Notes: generated from the letters alone by a model not told the origin. 32,437 bases of DNA from Octopus bimaculoides (GCF_001194135.2 NC_068982.1:127748094-127780530), one strand, 5' to 3'; shown: positions 1-10,725, numbered from the stretch's first letter. Program-made: numbers and translations.

Positions 1-132
1 TGAGGTGTTATAATCACAACAGCAAGAAAGTATGTACATGATCACCTTCTTTTACGAAACTTCATTGACTTTCATATATTTATATTGATATACATATATA
101 TACATGTGTTTGGGTGCGTGTGTGTATATACA

Positions 133-223
133 TCTCTATATATAAAGATGATGCGTAGTCTAGACGGCGTTTTTAGATTTCATTATTCTCTTTAACCCGG
201 GCAACGCCGGGTATTTCTGCTAG
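133..223 (+). mobile_element. Non-autonomous mini-Helitron, 91 bp
   Basis: Starts TCTCTATATATAAAG after host A132. Subterminal hairpin ACCCGG-GCAACG-CCGGGT (195-212), ends CTAG (220-223) before host T224. No TSD. These are the canonical Helitron A|TC...CTRR|T termini. Confidence 0.8.
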
Positions 224-300
224 TATATATATATACATATATATATATGTATGTATATGTATGTATATGTATATATATATGTATATATGTATGTGTGTTC
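224..300. repeat. (AT)n/(ATGT)n microsatellite
   Basis: Direct reading of sequence. Confidence 0.9.
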
Positions 301-517
301 GTGTGTCTGCGTTTGTCCCCCCACCATCACTTGACAACCGATGCCAATGTGTTTACCTCCCCATAACTTAGCGGTTCGGCAAAAAAAAAGACCGATAGAA
401 TAAGTACAAGGCTTACAAAGAATAAGTCCTGGGGTCAATTTGCTCGACTAAAGGTGGTGCTCCAGCATGGCCGCAGTCAAATGACTCAAACAAGTAAAAG
501 TGTAAAAGAGTAAAGAG
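301..517 (+). mobile_element. SINE-A tail module without head
   Basis: GTTTGTCCCCCCACCATCACTTGACAACC...GGTGCTCCAGCATGGCCGCAGTCAAATGACT-AAACAAGTAAAAG; closely matches copies at 6404, 17601 and 19375. Confidence 0.85.
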
Positions 518-520
518 TAT

Positions 521-689
521 AGGCACAGATGTGGCTGTGTGGTAAGAAGTTTGCATTCCAGTTACATGGTTCTGGGTTTAGTCCCACTGTATGGTACCAT
601 GGGCAAGTATCTTCTATTATAACTCCAGGCCAACCAAAGCTTTGTGAGTGGATTTGGTAGAAAGAATCTGAAAGAAGCTTGTTTTGTGT

Positions 690-734
<45 letters not shown>

Positions 735-882
735 ATTATGTCTTCCTTTCTCCCCCACTATCTCTTGACAACTAGTATTGGTGTGTTTACATCTTTGTAC
801 CTTAGCGGTTCAGCAAAAGAGACCAATGACACAAGTACAAGGCTTAAAAAGAAATAATTAAATACTAGGGTCGATTCCTTTG
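521..882 (+). mobile_element. SINE-A (tRNA-like head + (GT)n + 3'-truncated tail)
   Basis: A-box-like TGGCTGTGTGG, B-box-like GGTTTAGTCCC, body GGGCAAGTATCTTCT...GGATTTGGTAGA...CTGAAAGAAGC, (GT)n, then tail. Confidence 0.85.
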
Positions 883-997
883 GCATGGGTTGGATTGTTC
901 GACTGAGGGCTGGCAAGTCAAAAGGCTGCACCAGGCTCCAGTCTGATCTGGCAGAATTTCTACATCCTAACACCAAGGATGCCATTCCTAACACCAA
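883..997 (-). mobile_element. RTE-type 3' end fragment
   Basis: Reverse complement of the CCAGATCAGACTGGAGCCTGGTGCAGCC...CCAACCCATGC tail also seen at 4563-4960. Confidence 0.8.
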
Positions 998-1430
998 AAG
1001 GAAAATTGAATAAGGAGACTAACACTCGGGATGTTGTTAAACCATTTATATCTTGAATTCTTCTACAAATGTTTCAACGGATGCACTCCAAAAATGTCTC
1101 ACAGGATAAATTTGGGTCAGCAATGCATCAATCTCATCAGGAAGGATATGAATGACAAACTCATCAAACAGACATGTTAACAGAAATAGAAAGTCCTACG
1201 GGACACAGTAAACTAATCTGGGACTTCAAGGACTCTAACAAATCTTTTTCTTGAGAATGGAAAATTTTTTCTAGTTCTTTCCATTATGATAAAGGGAAAT
1301 CTTTCTGTCCTTTATGCACAGAAGAGCATTATTTTCTTCTCTTATCTAAACATAAATTGGCAAACAAATTTAGAGAGAGCATTTACAAATGTATTCATTG
1401 GAAAAACACTCTTTTAGTTCTTTCAAATAA
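998..1430 (+). mobile_element. Decayed Penelope-like element, GIY-YIG endonuclease C-terminal region
   Basis: Translation with stops and a frameshift: TIY...G(Y)IGSA...SKLIWDFKDSNKSFS*EWKIFSSSFHYDKGKSFCPLCTEEHYFLLLSKHKLANKFRESIYKCIHWKNTLL. This resembles the PLE endonuclease end pattern (W..K...W.I....Y......C.LC..E....NK..E...C.H). Confidence 0.7.
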
Positions 1431-1436
1431 TATCCA

Positions 1437-2300
1437 CCCATAACCTAATAATATTTCCTGTAAATTTTATTTTCTTTAGTCTTCTATCTTACTTCCCATA
1501 ACCTTTACTCCCCCGTCATTACTTTTCTTTTATGCTTTTACATGTATACAATTCGCCTGTTCATCTTCATTCTCACTTTTTACTTCCGGTTTCTTTTTTC
1601 CTTCTTTATCTTTCTATTTCTTTTCTCCTTCTCTCACCCAATCTAGTTAATTTCCTTAAAACCATTTTAAATTTATAGAGTTCCCTTACTACCTGGTTTT
1701 CCATATGTGTTTACATGTATATACCCGTTTTTGTTATCATACATATGTATATTTTCAGTGTGCACAATAATGTATATGTGCTCAATAAATGTGTGCATGG
1801 GTTTGTTACAGTGTGTTTGTGTTTGTCGATGTTTTGGGATGGATGTGCCCTTCTGTATGTGTGTGAACTCCCATAACCTAATAATACTTTCTGCAAATTT
1901 TCTTGTATTTTTTCGTCTATCTTACTTCCCATAAATTCCCCCCTCCCTTTCTTTCCTTTCTTTGCATGCATTTTTTATATTTACAATTTGTCCATTCCTC
2001 TCCACATTCTCACTCTCTGTTTTTTTACTTTGTTTTATCCTTCCTTTTTTTCCCCCTCCCAATCTTTCTATGCATCCTCTCTGTCTCTCACAATATCTGG
2101 TTTGTTTCAATAACGTCATTTTAAATTCCTAGTGTCCCCTGTTTGCATGTATTTTGTGAATGAACAATAACATATATGTGCTTAAGTGTGTGTATGTGTA
2201 TACGATTATGTGTTTGGATCTACCAGTGTTTTGGGATGTGTATGCTCTTGCATATGTACATGATCATTAGTTTATGTGTATAAGCATGTGACCATAAACA
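1437..2300 (+). repeat. Diverged tandem duplication, period about 433 bp
   Basis: CCCATAACCTAATAAT...CTATCTTACTTCCC at both 1437 and 1870, with co-linear downstream similarity (CATTCTCACT, TTTTGGGATG). Confidence 0.65.
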
Positions 2301-2325
2301 TCCCAAGTATATGTGTAGATATAGA

Positions 2326-2597
2326 GAGACCTTTGACATTATGTCATGCTTGAGAAGAAGGCCCAGCAAACCAAGTAAAATAGCAGTCATGGCAGATACC
2401 AGTGTCACGCAAATGGCACCTGTGCCAGTGACATGTAAAACCGCCCATTACACCTTTGGAGTGGTTGGTGTTATGAAGAGCATCCAGCCATAAAAACCAT
2501 GCCAAATCAGACTGGGGTCTGGTGAAGCCTTCTAACTTGCCAGCCCTGGTCAATCCGTCCAACCCATGCCAGCATGGACAACAGACGTTAAATGATG
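2326..2597 (+). mobile_element. RTE-clade LINE 3' end
   Basis: GAGACCTTTG...TTGAGAAGAAG through CCAACCCATGCCAGCATGGA...GACGTTAAATGATG; co-linear with 10086-10340. Confidence 0.85.
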
Positions 2598-2633
2598 TTA
2601 ATATATATACATATATGTGTATGTGTATATATA

Positions 2634-3631
2634 NNNNNNNNNNNNNNNNNNNNNNNNNNNNNNNNNNNNNNNNNNNNNNNNNNNNNNNNNNNNNNNNNNN
2701 NNNNNNNNNNNNNNNNNNNNNNNNNNNNNNNNNNNNNNNNNNNNNNNNNNNNNNNNNNNNNNNNNNNNNNNNNNNNNNNNNNNNNNNNNNNNNNNNNNNN
2801 NNNNNNNNNNNNNNNNNNNNNNNNNNNNNNNNNNNNNNNNNNNNNNNNNNNNNNNNNNNNNNNNNNNNNNNNNNNNNNNNNNNNNNNNNNNNNNNNNNNN
2901 NNNNNNNNNNNNNNNNNNNNNNNNNNNNNNNNNNNNNNNNNNNNNNNNNNNNNNNNNNNNNNNNNNNNNNNNNNNNNNNNNNNNNNNNNNNNNNNNNNNN
3001 NNNNNNNNNNNNNNNNNNNNNNNNNNNNNNNNNNNNNNNNNNNNNNNNNNNNNNNNNNNNNNNNNNNNNNNNNNNNNNNNNNNNNNNNNNNNNNNNNNNN
3101 NNNNNNNNNNNNNNNNNNNNNNNNNNNNNNNNNNNNNNNNNNNNNNNNNNNNNNNNNNNNNNNNNNNNNNNNNNNNNNNNNNNNNNNNNNNNNNNNNNNN
3201 NNNNNNNNNNNNNNNNNNNNNNNNNNNNNNNNNNNNNNNNNNNNNNNNNNNNNNNNNNNNNNNNNNNNNNNNNNNNNNNNNNNNNNNNNNNNNNNNNNNN
3301 NNNNNNNNNNNNNNNNNNNNNNNNNNNNNNNNNNNNNNNNNNNNNNNNNNNNNNNNNNNNNNNNNNNNNNNNNNNNNNNNNNNNNNNNNNNNNNNNNNNN
3401 NNNNNNNNNNNNNNNNNNNNNNNNNNNNNNNNNNNNNNNNNNNNNNNNNNNNNNNNNNNNNNNNNNNNNNNNNNNNNNNNNNNNNNNNNNNNNNNNNNNN
3501 NNNNNNNNNNNNNNNNNNNNNNNNNNNNNNNNNNNNNNNNNNNNNNNNNNNNNNNNNNNNNNNNNNNNNNNNNNNNNNNNNNNNNNNNNNNNNNNNNNNN
3601 NNNNNNNNNNNNNNNNNNNNNNNNNNNNNNN
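2634..3631. other. Assembly gap, 998 N
   Basis: Run of N; the ORFs 2522-3662 are artefacts. Confidence 1.
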
Positions 3632-3789
3632 GTTAGAAGCTATATTATATAAAATGTTATGATAATAAAAATTATCATATCAAAAGTGCCAATTGTTCAT
3701 ACAATTTTAATATTTTATATTAGCAAATTGTATTTTCATAAACTTCATTGTTCCTTAAATTGTTTCCCATTTCCAATCAGCTGAACTTT

Positions 3790-3794
<5 letters not shown>

Positions 3795-3849
<55 letters not shown>
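3795..3849. repeat. (CA)n microsatellite
   Basis: Direct reading. Confidence 0.95.
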
Positions 3850-3853
<4 letters not shown>

Positions 3854-4020
3854 CAAATCCAAGAATATGTTTATATGCTTATTATACTGGACTCTACCAA
3901 GCTTTCCCAGTGTCTGGGTAACCTGTTGTTCAATCTTTACATTAGCATAAAAGTTGCTGAGTATTTCACAGACACATGTTGCCTAGCTCTTCATCAATTA
4001 TGATGACAAATGCTTCACTT

Positions 4021-4292
4021 CACTGATTCAACCAAACATCCTGCTTGTGAAATTAACGTGCAAATGGCTGAGTACTCCACAGCCCCATATACCCTTAACG
4101 TAGTCCACAGGGAGATTCAGCTTGACATAGAATATGACAAAGCTAGCCCTCTGAATTTCAGGTACGACTCATTTTCGCCAACTGAGTTGACTGGAACAGC
4201 AAGAAATGAAGTGTCTTGCTCAAGGGCACAACACACCACTGGGAATCTTATGGTCATGAGTTGAGTACCCTAATCACCAAGCCATGGGCTTT
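4021..4292 (-). mobile_element. SINE-E (tRNA-like head shared with SINE-D, different tail)
   Basis: ACTCATTTT-GCCA-CTGAGT-GACTGGA...GAAATGAAGTGT-TTGCTCAAG matches 30826-30890, but the tail (GAAATTAACGTGCAAATGGCTGAGTACTCCACAG...ACCCTTAACGTAG) differs. Confidence 0.75.
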
Positions 4293-4562
4293 CAAATTCC
4301 ACAAATATGTGTACTCTTAGTGTAATTGTTAAGCAGAATCAATGTGACATAGAGTGATAAGGCTGAACCTTTGAATTACAAGTATAGCCCACATGACAGG
4401 CTTCCAAACAATTTCCCTTTCAAGGCTTGGGTTGATCCAATACAATGGGAAGAAGGAAAAATATTAGCTCATGATGCCATGCAGTACATTGGGATTTGTA
4501 CCCCATGAATGTAAAACTAATTTCTTAAGCACTAACAGCACTGTTCAAGCGTGTTCATTACC

Positions 4563-4960
4563 AGAGCAGATGTCTGGCTTCTGTGCTAGTGGCCCATAAA
4601 TAGCACCATTTGAGCGTTATCGTTACCTGCGTTGCCTTCTAACACTTGTGCTCGTGGCACATTAGAAAATCATTCAAGCGAGGTCATTGTCAGTGCCGCT
4701 GGACTGGCTCCCGTGCAGGTGGCACGTAAAAAACACCTTTTTGAGCATGGACGTTGCCAGTACCGTGTGACTGGCCCTCATGCCGGTGGTACGTAAAAGC
4801 ACCCACTACACTCTCGGAGTGGTTGGCGTTAGGAAGGGCATCCAGCTGTAGAAATTCTGCCAAATCAGATTGGAGCCTGGTGCAGCCTTCTCGCTTGCCA
4901 GTCCTCAGTCAAATCGTCCAACCTATGCTAGCATGGAAAGCGGACATTAAATGATGATGA
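4563..4960 (+). mobile_element. RTE-tailed repeat (RTE 3' UTR or RTE-dependent SINE) with internal GGCACGTAAAA repeats
   Basis: Repeated GGCACGTAAAA(G)CACC units, GGAGTGGTTGGCGTTAGGAAGGGCATCCAGCTGTAGAAA motif, ends GGACATTAAATGATGATGAT. Confidence 0.85.
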
Positions 4961-5012
4961 TTAACAACTCATCCATGCCTTCATATTGTGTGTGTATGTG
5001 TGTGCATATATA

Positions 5013-5433
5013 TTCTTTTATTGTTTTACTTGTTTCAGTCAGTTGACGGCGGCCATGCAGGAGCACTGCCGTAAAGGGTTTTAGTCAAGCAAATCAACTC
5101 CAGGACTTAATCTTCAAAAGCCTACTACTTATTCTATCAATCTCTTTTGCTGAACTGCTAAGTTACAGGGACATAAACACACCAACACCAGTTGTCAAGC
5201 AGTGATGGGATGGGGACGAACACAGACACAGAGATACACATACATAGATATACACATATATATACATATATACAACAGACTTCTTTCAGTTTCTGTCCAC
5301 CAAATCCACTCACAAGGCTTTGGTTGGCCTGGGGCTATAATAGAAGACACTTGCTCAAAGTGCTATGCAGTGGGACCGAACTCAGAACTATGTGGTTCAG
5401 AAGCAAACTTCTTACCACACAGTCACACCTGCA
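5013..5433 (-). mobile_element. SINE-A, full length
   Basis: Tail 5013-5235, (AT/AC)n spacer, head 5275-5433 with A/B-box-like motifs on the minus strand. Confidence 0.85.
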
Positions 5434-5516
5434 TCTATGTATGTGTATATGAGTGTATGTGCATGTGTGTGTGTATGTACATGTGTGTATATTTGTGTAT
5501 GTGTGTGTCTTTGTGT

Positions 5517-5555
<39 letters not shown>
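5434..5555. repeat. (GT)n/(GTAT)n microsatellite
   Basis: Direct reading. Confidence 0.9.
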
Positions 5556-5557
<2 letters not shown>

Positions 5558-5687
5558 TTGCTATTCTTCTCCTTCTAGTTGCTACAACCAAGATGCATAT
5601 CATAACGTTGCACTAAGATCTGTGTTCCTCATTGACTTCAGTAGACAATCATTTTTTAAATTTTCTTTCTTGTTTGTTTGTCTATAC

Positions 5688-6040
5688 CAGTGGTTCTCAA
5701 CCAGGGTCCGTATAGCCCCTGAGTGTCCATATAAGATTTGGGGGGGGGGGTCCATGTAATAAAGCAGTAAATTTGGAATCCACAATAATATTTTAAGGGG
5801 CCCTGAAACAATTTTGTTTTAGATGTATGTAATGGTATGTATTGCAAGAAACTGCTAGACTTCTTTCTCTAACATTTTACATAGTTCAATCTACACAAGT
5901 TAATGCGCATAAAACAAAATAGGAATTTTGTAAGAAGTTTCAATAAAACTAGTTTTTAAACATCGAATGGCTATGGGTATCCACCAGAATAAAACAATAA
6001 TCAAAGGGGTCCATAGATAAAAAATGGTTGAGAACCCCTT
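5688..6040. mobile_element. hAT-superfamily MITE, 353 bp
   Basis: TIRs CAGTGGTTCTCAACC / GGTTGAGAACCCCTT; perfect 8-bp TSD GTCTATAC at 5680-5687 and 6041-6048. Confidence 0.9.
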
Positions 6041-6403
6041 GTCTATACTAATACCAGATCACTTTTCTTTGGTAGTGGAATAATTGAAGATTTGAAGAAG
6101 GCTGTTGGTTTGCCTTCTCATTAGAGTAGCCCAGCAGATATTTGTGAAAGAGTGGACCCTTCCAGATAATAACTGAGATGTTAATCTGGTGATTTGTTGT
6201 TTTTTTTAACCGTTTTAGATAGTTTTAAAGCTCTTTTATGATGAAAGGGTCAGTTTAGAACAACAAGATATCTACTACTTTGTGGTTGAAACAAGGGTCA
6301 TTGGGTTACCACAACACAATGGAAGTCACTAGAGAAACTCTATTGTTGTTAAGTTCTCTCAGAGGTATCCAGACAGCAACATACTTGTTCTCATTGAGAT
6401 AGG

Positions 6404-6819
6404 TTACTCTTTTACTCTTTTACTCTTTTACTTGTTTCAGTCATTTGACTGTGGCCATGCTGGAGCACTGCCTTTAGTCGAGCAGATCGACCCCAGGACT
6501 TATTCTTTGGAAGCCTAGTACTTATTCTATTGGTCTCTTTTGTCAAACCGCTAAGTTACAGGGATGTAAACACACGAGCATCAGTTGTCAGGTGATGTTG
6601 GGGGGACAAACACAGACACACAAACATACACACACACACATATATATATATACATATATACGACGGGCTTCTTTCAGTTTCTATCTACCAAATCCACTCA
6701 CAAGGCTTTGGTCGGCCCGAGGCTACAGTAAAAGACACTTGCCCAAGATGCCACGCAGTGGGACTGAACCCGGAACCATGTGGTTGGTAAGCAAGCTACT
6801 TACCACATAGCCACTCCTG
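6404..6819 (-). mobile_element. SINE-A, full length, low divergence
   Basis: Minus strand: TGGCTATGTGG (A box), GGTTCAGTCCC (B box), body, (AT/GT)n, tail, terminal (AAAAGAGT)n. Confidence 0.9.
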
Positions 6820-6935
6820 AATATTTAGTGCATGCTCGACTGGGTATGTTGGTGTTATTGGTCAGCACACTTATCACAAAAATAAGAGGAGTGGGTTCCT
6901 TTTCCATGTGTACTAATACCTATTTTTTTTAAAAA

Positions 6936-7234
6936 GTGAGATGACAGAATCATTAGCTCAATAGGCAAAATGCTTAATGGCATTTCATCCACCATTACAC
7001 TCAGAGCTCAAATTCCACTGAGGTTCTATACAATACTGAATTTCCTGTACTCAAGCCTGCAATGGACAGTTATAAACATGCTTGTGGACAGCAGCTGTAA
7101 ACTCCCTTCCACTGAGTTTGCCTTTCATCTTTCTGGGGTCAATAAAATAAGTACCAGTTGAACACTGAGGTTGATGTAATTGGCTTACCCACTCCCCTGA
7201 AAATATTGGCCCTGTGCCAAAATTTGAAACCAAT
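6936..7234 (+). mobile_element. SINE-B interrupted by an 84-bp insert
   Basis: Head 6936-7022, insert 7023-7106, then TTTGCCTTTCATCTTTCTGGGGTCAATAAAATAAGTACCAG and the 3' end. Confidence 0.85.
7027..7105 (+). repeat. 79-bp copy of 7679-7757 (78/79 identical)
   Basis: TATACAATACTGAATTTCC...GCTGTAAACTCC occurs at both loci; one mismatch (CTTG vs CATG). Confidence 0.95.
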
Positions 7235-7329
7235 GTTTACTGTGTGCTTCTTGTGTCTCCTTATATTCTTCATAAAGAGTGACCTTAGTTGAACCAGGAT
7301 TCTTTTCAATATTCGTAATAGACTAAAGT

Positions 7330-7528
7330 GGTGAGCTGGCAGAATCGTTAGCACGGCGGACAAAATACTTAGCGGTATTTCGTCTGCCATTATGTTCTGA
7401 GTTCAATTTCCGCCGAGGTCGACTTTGGAGTCGATAAATTAAGTACCAGTTGCATACTAGGGTCGATGTAATCGACTTCCCCCTCCCCCAAAATTTCGGG
7501 CCTTGTACCTAGAGTAGAAAAGATTATT
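7330..7528 (+). mobile_element. SINE-B, low divergence
   Basis: GGTGAGCTGGCAGAATCG (A-box-like), GAGTTCAATTTCC (B-box-like), GTCGATAAATTAAGTACCAG, ends GTAGAAAAGATTATT. Confidence 0.9.
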
Positions 7529-7804
7529 CCTAATGGACTTTGATATTTCTGGACTGCTTTCTCCAAATTCCCTCTGGCTTTTGCTACCTTCTTATTGGAA
7601 GCAAAGGTTAGTCTTTTATTTTTCTTCTTTGAGAGCAATTCTAGTAATATCTCTCTGTTGGAAATGGTTAGGGTGTTGTATACAATACTGAATTTCCTGT
7701 ACTCAAGCCTGCAATGGACAGTTATAAACATGCATGTGGACAGCAGCTGTAAACTCCTTTCATATCTTAGCATCATCTGCCTCTTTTCCCTAATCAGTCT
7801 GAGG

Positions 7805-7864
7805 ATATATGAGAATATATACATGTGTATGTGTAGATATATGTGTATACATGTGTGTATGTGT

Positions 7865-7906
<42 letters not shown>
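7805..7906. repeat. (GT)n/(GTAT)n microsatellite
   Basis: Direct reading. Confidence 0.85.
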
Positions 7907-7909
<3 letters not shown>

Positions 7910-8551
7910 GGTGTAATATAATATATGTTTACATTTATGCATTCATACACATTGCACACTAAAATATAAATATTTTATCAGATTATTTTATTTCCTATTG
8001 TGCAAAATTATACATATACTTATTCATTTACTTATTTATCTATTTATTTACTCACTAGGAACTTAATATTACAAGAGCCTATTCTATGTATCTTAGCAAG
8101 ATAACCACATATAAATAATATTACATTATATTATAGTTAATTTATTGAAAACAAGTGGTTGTTTGTTTAATATGCAGGACAACTGACAAAGATTTATCTA
8201 ATCAAACCTTACTGCAATCATTAAGTAGTGCCTGCAGACAAGGTATATAACTCTGTTTCTCCCAAGCTTCCTCATAAGAAATTTCTACCACTCCCATATT
8301 CATTTGTTTCAGCTATAAACAAATATACAGTTTTCCAATTATCTAATTTTCCAAGAATGATTCCACCAATTGCGACATTGAAATGAATCAATGTAAAACA
8401 ATTCAAGTTACAAAAAGTGAGTTGTTATATTAATTCTTAAACAGGCTGGTGCTTATGTTTTATTCTTTAAAGCCATCTTAGAAATATATCTAATATCACC
8501 CAGAGACACACAATTGTAGTTTACTATGGATATTTTCATTTTTTATAATCT

Positions 8552-8790
8552 TTTTCTTGTTTCAGTCATGACTGTGGTCATGCTGGAAGGATTTCAACAG
8601 TACTGAAGGATTTTTTTGTTTTTGTTTTAGTCAATCAACTTGCATTTGTCTGACATTATTTATTTATTTATTTATTTATTTATTGGTTGCCTTTTGCCAA
8701 ACTGCGAAGTTACAGGACATGTAAAGAAACCAATATTGGTTGTAGAACAGTAAGACATAAACATCAAGAAGCATACACTCACTTACACAC
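8552..8790 (-). mobile_element. SINE-A tail, diverged
   Basis: CTTGTTTCAGTCATGACTGTGGTCATGCTGG...TTTTGCCAAACTGCGAAGTTACAGGACATGTAAA. Confidence 0.7.
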
Positions 8791-8963
8791 ACTTGCAGAC
8801 ACAAATGCATGTGTGTGCACACACACACACAATACACACACATATACATACAAAGAGCAGTCACCATAATTTTTTCAAACCAGCCAGTCTTGTAGATCAC
8901 ATGGTATTATTTAACCATGTCATTATCTTACATTTAATTGGAAGATCAACTAAAATGGATAAT

Positions 8964-8985
8964 GTATATATATATATATATAGAT

Positions 8986-9052
<67 letters not shown>
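8964..9052. repeat. (TA)n + (GATA)n microsatellite
   Basis: Direct reading. Confidence 0.95.
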
Positions 9053-9285
9053 TAGGTGCAGTGTAGCTGTGTGGATAGACACAGTGTGGCTGTGTGGATA
9101 GGCACAGCATGGCTGTGTGGATAGGTGCAGCATAGCTATGTGGTAAGATGCTTGCTTCCTAACAACATAGTTCCAGGTTCAGTTCCACTGTGTGGCACCT
9201 TGGACAAGTATCCTCTACTATAGCCTCAGGTCAACCAAAGCCTTGTTATATGGATTTGTTAGACAGAAACTGAAAGAAGCCTGTA
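9053..9285 (+). mobile_element. SINE-A head with 4 x 23-bp tandem copies of its A-box segment
   Basis: Units at 9053, 9076, 9099 and 9122 (TAGGCACAGCATGGCTGTGTGGA-like), then B box GGTTCAGTTCC and the body. Confidence 0.85.
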
Positions 9286-9520
9286 GCATATGGGTGTGTG
9301 TGTGAGTGTGTGTGTGTCTGTATACATACATACATACATACATACATACATACATACATACATACATACAAATATAAATTATCAGTAGTTCATATATCCA
9401 AACAAGAAGTACGATCTAAAATATTAGACCAGTAATATATGTTTTATGAAGTTAAAAGTGTTGGTCGGTTATAGAGTGATCATTGGTTTTGCATCTATAA
9501 AGCATTTAGCAGTAAAGGCA

Positions 9521-9608
9521 ACCCATCAGATTCAAATAGCTGAAGGCCCATAACCTCTCTACAACTGTAGGGAAGTTATGCATCTTCAGCCATTTGAGTC
9601 TGATGGGT
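9521..9608. repeat. 88-bp inverted repeat (43-bp arms, 36/43 complementary, no indels)
   Basis: ACCCATCAGATTCAAATAGCTGAAG... pairs with ...CTTCAGCCATTTGAGTCTGATGGGT. Confidence 0.9.
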
Positions 9609-10335
9609 AGACTTGAAGGAAATGAAGCCAGTATGTTTTGCTGGATGTGCAATGTCAGTGTGCATGTTCAACAGAGTGTAGGCATCTTGAGAGAAAAGTC
9701 AGGTATAAGAGGCATCAGATGTGGTGTGCAAGAGAGACAACTGCATTGGGTTGGTCATGTGATGCATATGGATGAGGACAGCTGTGTAAAGAAGTGCCGA
9801 TCTCTAACTGTGGAGGGACCCTGTGATAGAGGAAGACCCGGGAAGACAAGGGACAAAGTGGTGAAGCATGATCTTTGAGCTTTGGGCCTCAAAGAGGCAA
9901 TGACTAGTGACTGAGACCTTCGGTGACAAGCTGTGCTTGAGAAGACCCGTCAAGCAAGGTGAAATCATAGTCATGGCTGATGCTGGTGTCATGTAACTGG
10001 CACTCACGCTGGTGGCACATAAAAAGCACCTTTCAAGCATTGAGCCTCACGGAAGCAAAGTGGCTGATGCTTGTGGCACATGACCGAGACCTTTAGCATT
10101 ATGTCATGCTTAAGAAGAAGGCCCATCAAGCCAAGTAAAATTGCAGTCAGGACAGAAACCGGTGTCATGCAAATTGGCATGTAAAAGCACCCATTACACT
10201 CTTGGAGTGGTTGTCATGAAAGGTTATCCAGCTGTAGAAACCATGCCAAATCAGAATGGGGTCTGGTGCAGCTTTCCAGCTTGCCAGCCCTGGTCAAACC
10301 GTTCAACCCATGCCAGCTTCGACAACAGATGCTAA

Positions 10336-10373
<38 letters not shown>
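9602..10373 (+). mobile_element. RTE-clade LINE, 5'-truncated (ORF C-terminus, 3' UTR, (GAT)n tail)
   Basis: RLEGNEASMFCWMCNVSVH...GIRGIRCGVQERQLHWVGHVMHMDEDSCVKKCRSLTVEGPCDRGRPGKTRDKVVKHDL fits the RTE C-terminal RLRW.GHV.R...RGRP..W pattern. Confidence 0.9.
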
Positions 10374-10567
10374 ATATACATTTGCCCGCTTTCACCTTTG
10401 TGTTTAAGGGAAAATTTGTGGTGTGGTCATTTTGACAGCTATATTTAGCATGCTGGTACTGCTTATTAGTACCTTTAATTATTAATTGATGATTTTTTAC
10501 TGTTACAGATTCTTTATGCATGCTAAGCCACTGCTATTATTATAAACAATTATATCCTCATATAATA

Positions 10568-10725
10568 GCTTCTGTGCAGTTTCTATTTACCAGATTCGTT
10601 CAAAAGTTATTAGTTTGTCCTGGTCTACAGTATAAGAAAGAAACCCAATATGCCAAGCAGTTGGATTGAACCTGAAACGACATGACTGGGAAGGACATTT
10701 CTGAACCATACAGTCATTCTTGCAC
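10568..10725 (-). mobile_element. SINE-A head, highly diverged
   Basis: GCTTCT...CAGTTTCTATTTACCAGATTC...GCAGTTGGATTGAACCTGAAAC...CCATACAGTCATTCTTGC. Confidence 0.6.

Noticed and set aside
521-600. SINE heads as tRNA genes
   Set aside because: A/B boxes are present, but no cloverleaf closes and each continues into a repeat body.
2522-3662. ORFs of 339-376 aa
   Set aside because: They consist of N-gap codons.
7390-7959. 189-aa minus-strand ORF, with an apparent acceptor at 7798 and a protein-like core (LIREKRQMMLRYERSLQLL...)
   Set aside because: It runs from a microsatellite into SINE-B, has no convincing donor and matches no family I recognise. It is noted only as the context of the 79-bp donor.
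9053-9144. Short regular repeats (here and at 14406-14637) as CRISPR-like arrays
   Set aside because: No unique spacers, eukaryotic context, and explained by slippage of a SINE head or MITE end.
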